IMG/VR virus record: IMGVR_UViG_3300045988_097310 | Span: 1 to 30,921 of that record | DNA: 30,921 nucleotides | Reading direction: 5' to 3' (one strand) | DNA from: a virus | In this document: positions 28,793-30,921 of the stretch, in pieces | Layout of the letters: each line of letters starts with the position of its first letter | Position numbering within the stretch: the first letter of the stretch is position 1 | The notes under the pieces: generated by a model | Database searches by the model: none | What the model was told of the DNA's origin: nothing | Seen by the model: only the letters and a program-made list of their open reading frames with translations | Made by a program: the position numbers and the translations under genes

Positions 28793-29317
28793 ATGGCTTG
28801 TTTAATAACTATCGCAGGAATCACACTTGATTGCCAACCTTCATTGGGTGGAATCAAACAGGTATGGATTACCCAGTATGCAGATGTTAAAAGTGTAACG
28901 GTTGATCCTGAGAGCAATATGATTTCAGCTATTACTCTTGAGTCTTCAGCTAAATGGTATAACTACCAATTTAGAAAGGCTACTGGTTCTCTAACCTCAA
29001 CTTTAAATGTAGATGAAAGTGCTGGTGTTAATTATGTAAGTAATGAGCTTGCTCTTGTATTTACAAAGATGGAAACAGCAAAACGAGTAGAGATTGCAGC
29101 TTTATCAATTGGTCAGCTTGCAGTTGTTGTTGAAGATAGCAATGGTAAGTATTGGTTCTTAGGTAAAGATGATTATGTAAGCGCTTCCGCTGGTACGGGT
29201 GTTACTGGTACTGCTAAAGGTGATCAGAATGCTTATACTCTGACACTTTCAACAGATTCAGATTCTTATCCTTATGAGTTATCTGCAGAAGCTATCCAAA
29301 GCGTTGTAGGTGCTTAA
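28793..29317 (+). CDS. Tail tube-like (major tail) or head-decoration protein (174 aa)
   Basis: Follows the major capsid gene with the same codon bias. The pattern ...VVVEDSNGKYWFLGKDD...GTGVTGTAKGDQNAYTLTLS... resembles siphovirus tail-tube proteins. The assignment is tentative. Confidence 0.45.
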   Translation: MACLITIAGITLDCQPSLGGIKQVWITQYADVKSVTVDPESNMISAITLESSAKWYNYQFRKATGSLTSTLNVDESAGVNYVSNELALVFTKMETAKRVEIAALSIGQLAVVVEDSNGKYWFLGKDDYVSASAGTGVTGTAKGDQNAYTLTLSTDSDSYPYELSAEAIQSVVGA

Positions 29318-29328
29318 TAACAGAAAGA

Positions 29329-29365
29329 GGGGCGAGTATTAATTTACTTGCCCCTTATTTTGTTT
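29329..29365 (+). terminator. Rho-independent terminator ending the capsid operon
   Basis: GGGGCGAGTA / loop ttaatt / TACTTGCCCC (10 bp with one G-T pair) followed by TTATTTTGTTT. Confidence 0.75.
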
Positions 29366-29408
29366 ATATACCACATAATGAATAATTTATATTTTATAGA
29401 AAAATAAT

Positions 29409-30921
29409 ATGGCAAACGAAACTGAAAAGACAATTCTTCCCTATCTTAATGTCCTTGAAGTCGAAACAATAGATAAGTCAAATGTGACTAAAGTTATTGT
29501 TATTGACAAGGATGATGAAGTTAAGGTTATGGATGGTTCTCAGTTAGGATCAAGTAACTATCAAGATCTTCAATTTAAGCCTGAAATCAATGGGGTTGAA
29601 TTAAATGGAAATATTCCTTCTAAAGAATTAGGAATTCCTTCTATTGAAGATGTTGATAATCAGATTACTGAGAAACTAGCTGACTATCCAACTAAAGAAG
29701 AGGTAACTACAGAGATTACTGAAGCCACTGCTGGAAAGCAAAATACACTCGTTCAAGGTGACGGTATAGTAATTGAAGAGAATACTATTTCTGCAGATTA
29801 TAATACTATTCGTAACAAACCATCTTTAAATGGAACTGAATTATCTGGAGCAGCTTCAATAGTACCTGCCATTAATATTCAATCAGTCCCATCTAAAGTT
29901 ACTTTAGCTCCTGTATTTGGTAATCAAACTGGAGAAGCAGTTGAACTTCCAATATATAATACAGAGACTAATCAAGCTGGTATTGTTAATGGTCCTCTAT
30001 ATGCACAATTAGCAGATAAATATACTAAAGCTGAAATTGATGCTTTAAATACAGCTATTAATAAAGAGATAGCTTCAAAACAAGGAACGCTTACAGCAGG
30101 AAAGAATATATCTATTATAGATAATGTAATCTCTGCTTTTGAGAATCATTTCTTACTTAATTTAGATGAGAATGATCCTGTAAGACAGAAACATATCTAT
30201 GACTTTATTAGAACTAATCTGGACTTCTATTTATTCTGCCAGATTACATATAAAGGTGATATTATAGTTATTCCTGTTGCAACTATTGAGCATCCCGAAA
30301 CTATTGATTTATATGGCTATTATTTCCAAGATAATGGTGTATTAGTAGTTATTAATGCAATCTTAGTAAATAATGGTAATATGACTGTTAAAGTTACTGA
30401 GGTTGATCTTACTAATAAAGGTTATACTAAAGATGAAGTAGATGAGAAACTTGCAACTAAGCAAGGTGTATTTACTCCACAAGCTCCATTAGCTTTTAAT
30501 GAAGATAAATCCCAATTATCTGTAGATTTATCTGGATACCAACCAGTTGGTGATTATGCTTTAAAGAGTGATATTCCAACTAAAATTAGTGAGCTTACTA
30601 ATGATTCTAACTTTGTAAGTGAAGCAGAGGTTTCTGGAGATTTAGCAGGTAAAGCAGATAAGACTTATGTTGATGAGCAGCTTGCTACTAAACAGCCTGT
30701 AGGAGATTATGCAACAAAAACAGAACTTGCTGGTAAAGCTGATTCTTCTGTGGTAGAATCTCTATCTACTCAAGTAGCAACTAATACTTCAGACATATCA
30801 ATTATTAAAACAAAGCAAGAAGAAGATGGAAACAAGATTGATGCTCTTGATAAAGAGATGGCTACTAAACAAGATTTACTTGTAAGTGGAACTAATATCA
30901 AAACAATCAATAGTCAGTCTT
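29409..30921 (+). CDS. Tail fiber-like protein, 5' part (continues at base 1 after removing the 55-nt overlap)
   Basis: ATG 29409 opens a frame with no stop to the window end. It has periodic fiber repeats (LATKQPVGDYATKTELAGKADSS) and no TGA. Confidence 0.75.
   Translation, partial: MANETEKTILPYLNVLEVETIDKSNVTKVIVIDKDDEVKVMDGSQLGSSNYQDLQFKPEINGVELNGNIPSKELGIPSIEDVDNQITEKLADYPTKEEVTTEITEATAGKQNTLVQGDGIVIEENTISADYNTIRNKPSLNGTELSGAASIVPAINIQSVPSKVTLAPVFGNQTGEAVELPIYNTETNQAGIVNGPLYAQLADKYTKAEIDALNTAINKEIASKQGTLTAGKNISIIDNVISAFENHFLLNLDENDPVRQKHIYDFIRTNLDFYLFCQITYKGDIIVIPVATIEHPETIDLYGYYFQDNGVLVVINAILVNNGNMTVKVTEVDLTNKGYTKDEVDEKLATKQGVFTPQAPLAFNEDKSQLSVDLSGYQPVGDYALKSDIPTKISELTNDSNFVSEAEVSGDLAGKADKTYVDEQLATKQPVGDYATKTELAGKADSSVVESLSTQVATNTSDISIIKTKQEEDGNKIDALDKEMATKQDLLVSGTNIKTINSQS

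Noticed and set aside
1-30921. TGA could be reassigned to Gly (table 25, as in Gracilibacteria/Absconditabacteria) instead of Trp.
   Set aside because: The informative positions are canonical Trp sites (SWIH in M15 peptidase, NLEWC in HNH, GFxWxY endings). A paralogous position uses TGG. None corresponds to a conserved Gly.

Overview
The window is a complete, circularly closed tailed-phage (Caudoviricetes) genome of about 30,866 bp. Bases 1-55 are identical to 30867-30921, and one tail-fiber gene reads in phase across that junction. The genome is very AT-rich (roughly 30% GC by eye) and tightly packed, with many TAATG stop/start overlaps and almost no Shine-Dalgarno motifs.

Main result: the supplied standard-code ORF track is misleading. 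About 50 in-frame TGA codons (hand count) break the genes into fragments. Each TGA I could check sits where the protein family or a paralog carries Trp. Reading TGA as Trp (translation table 4) fuses the fragments into about 45 clean genes. These include ORFs of 1119, 777 and 726 aa. All of the genes end in TAA or TAG.

Gene content:
- Receptor-binding and fiber cassette (29409 through the junction to 3717).
- Portal and connector genes (4893-7091).
- Lysis cassette with an M15 peptidoglycan peptidase (7091-8362).
- Minus-strand replication block with an SF2 helicase behind Bacteroidota-type promoters (8969-11883).
- Early/regulatory block with a sigma factor split into two ORFs (12036-14525).
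- Small and large terminase (14859-16542).
- A gene with a U9 slippery run and a long -1 frame extension (16544-17346).
- Tail, hub and tape-measure-like genes (17469-25828).
- Capsid module: XkdF-like protease, scaffold, HK97-like major capsid protein, tail-tube-like protein (26024-29317).
- Six homing-endonuclease-like genes: three GIY-YIG, one T5orf172 and two HNH.

Other signals:
- A conserved 50-nt imperfect palindrome occurs four times, always intergenic. It ends in an invariant 17-mer and is usually followed by a sequence-variable hairpin.
- TGA codons are strikingly unevenly distributed. The capsid module, the long fiber gene and the helicase have none.
- I could find no suppressor tRNA, although host cues point to a cell-walled Bacteroidota-like host.

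All functional calls rest on motifs recognised by eye, not on database searches.
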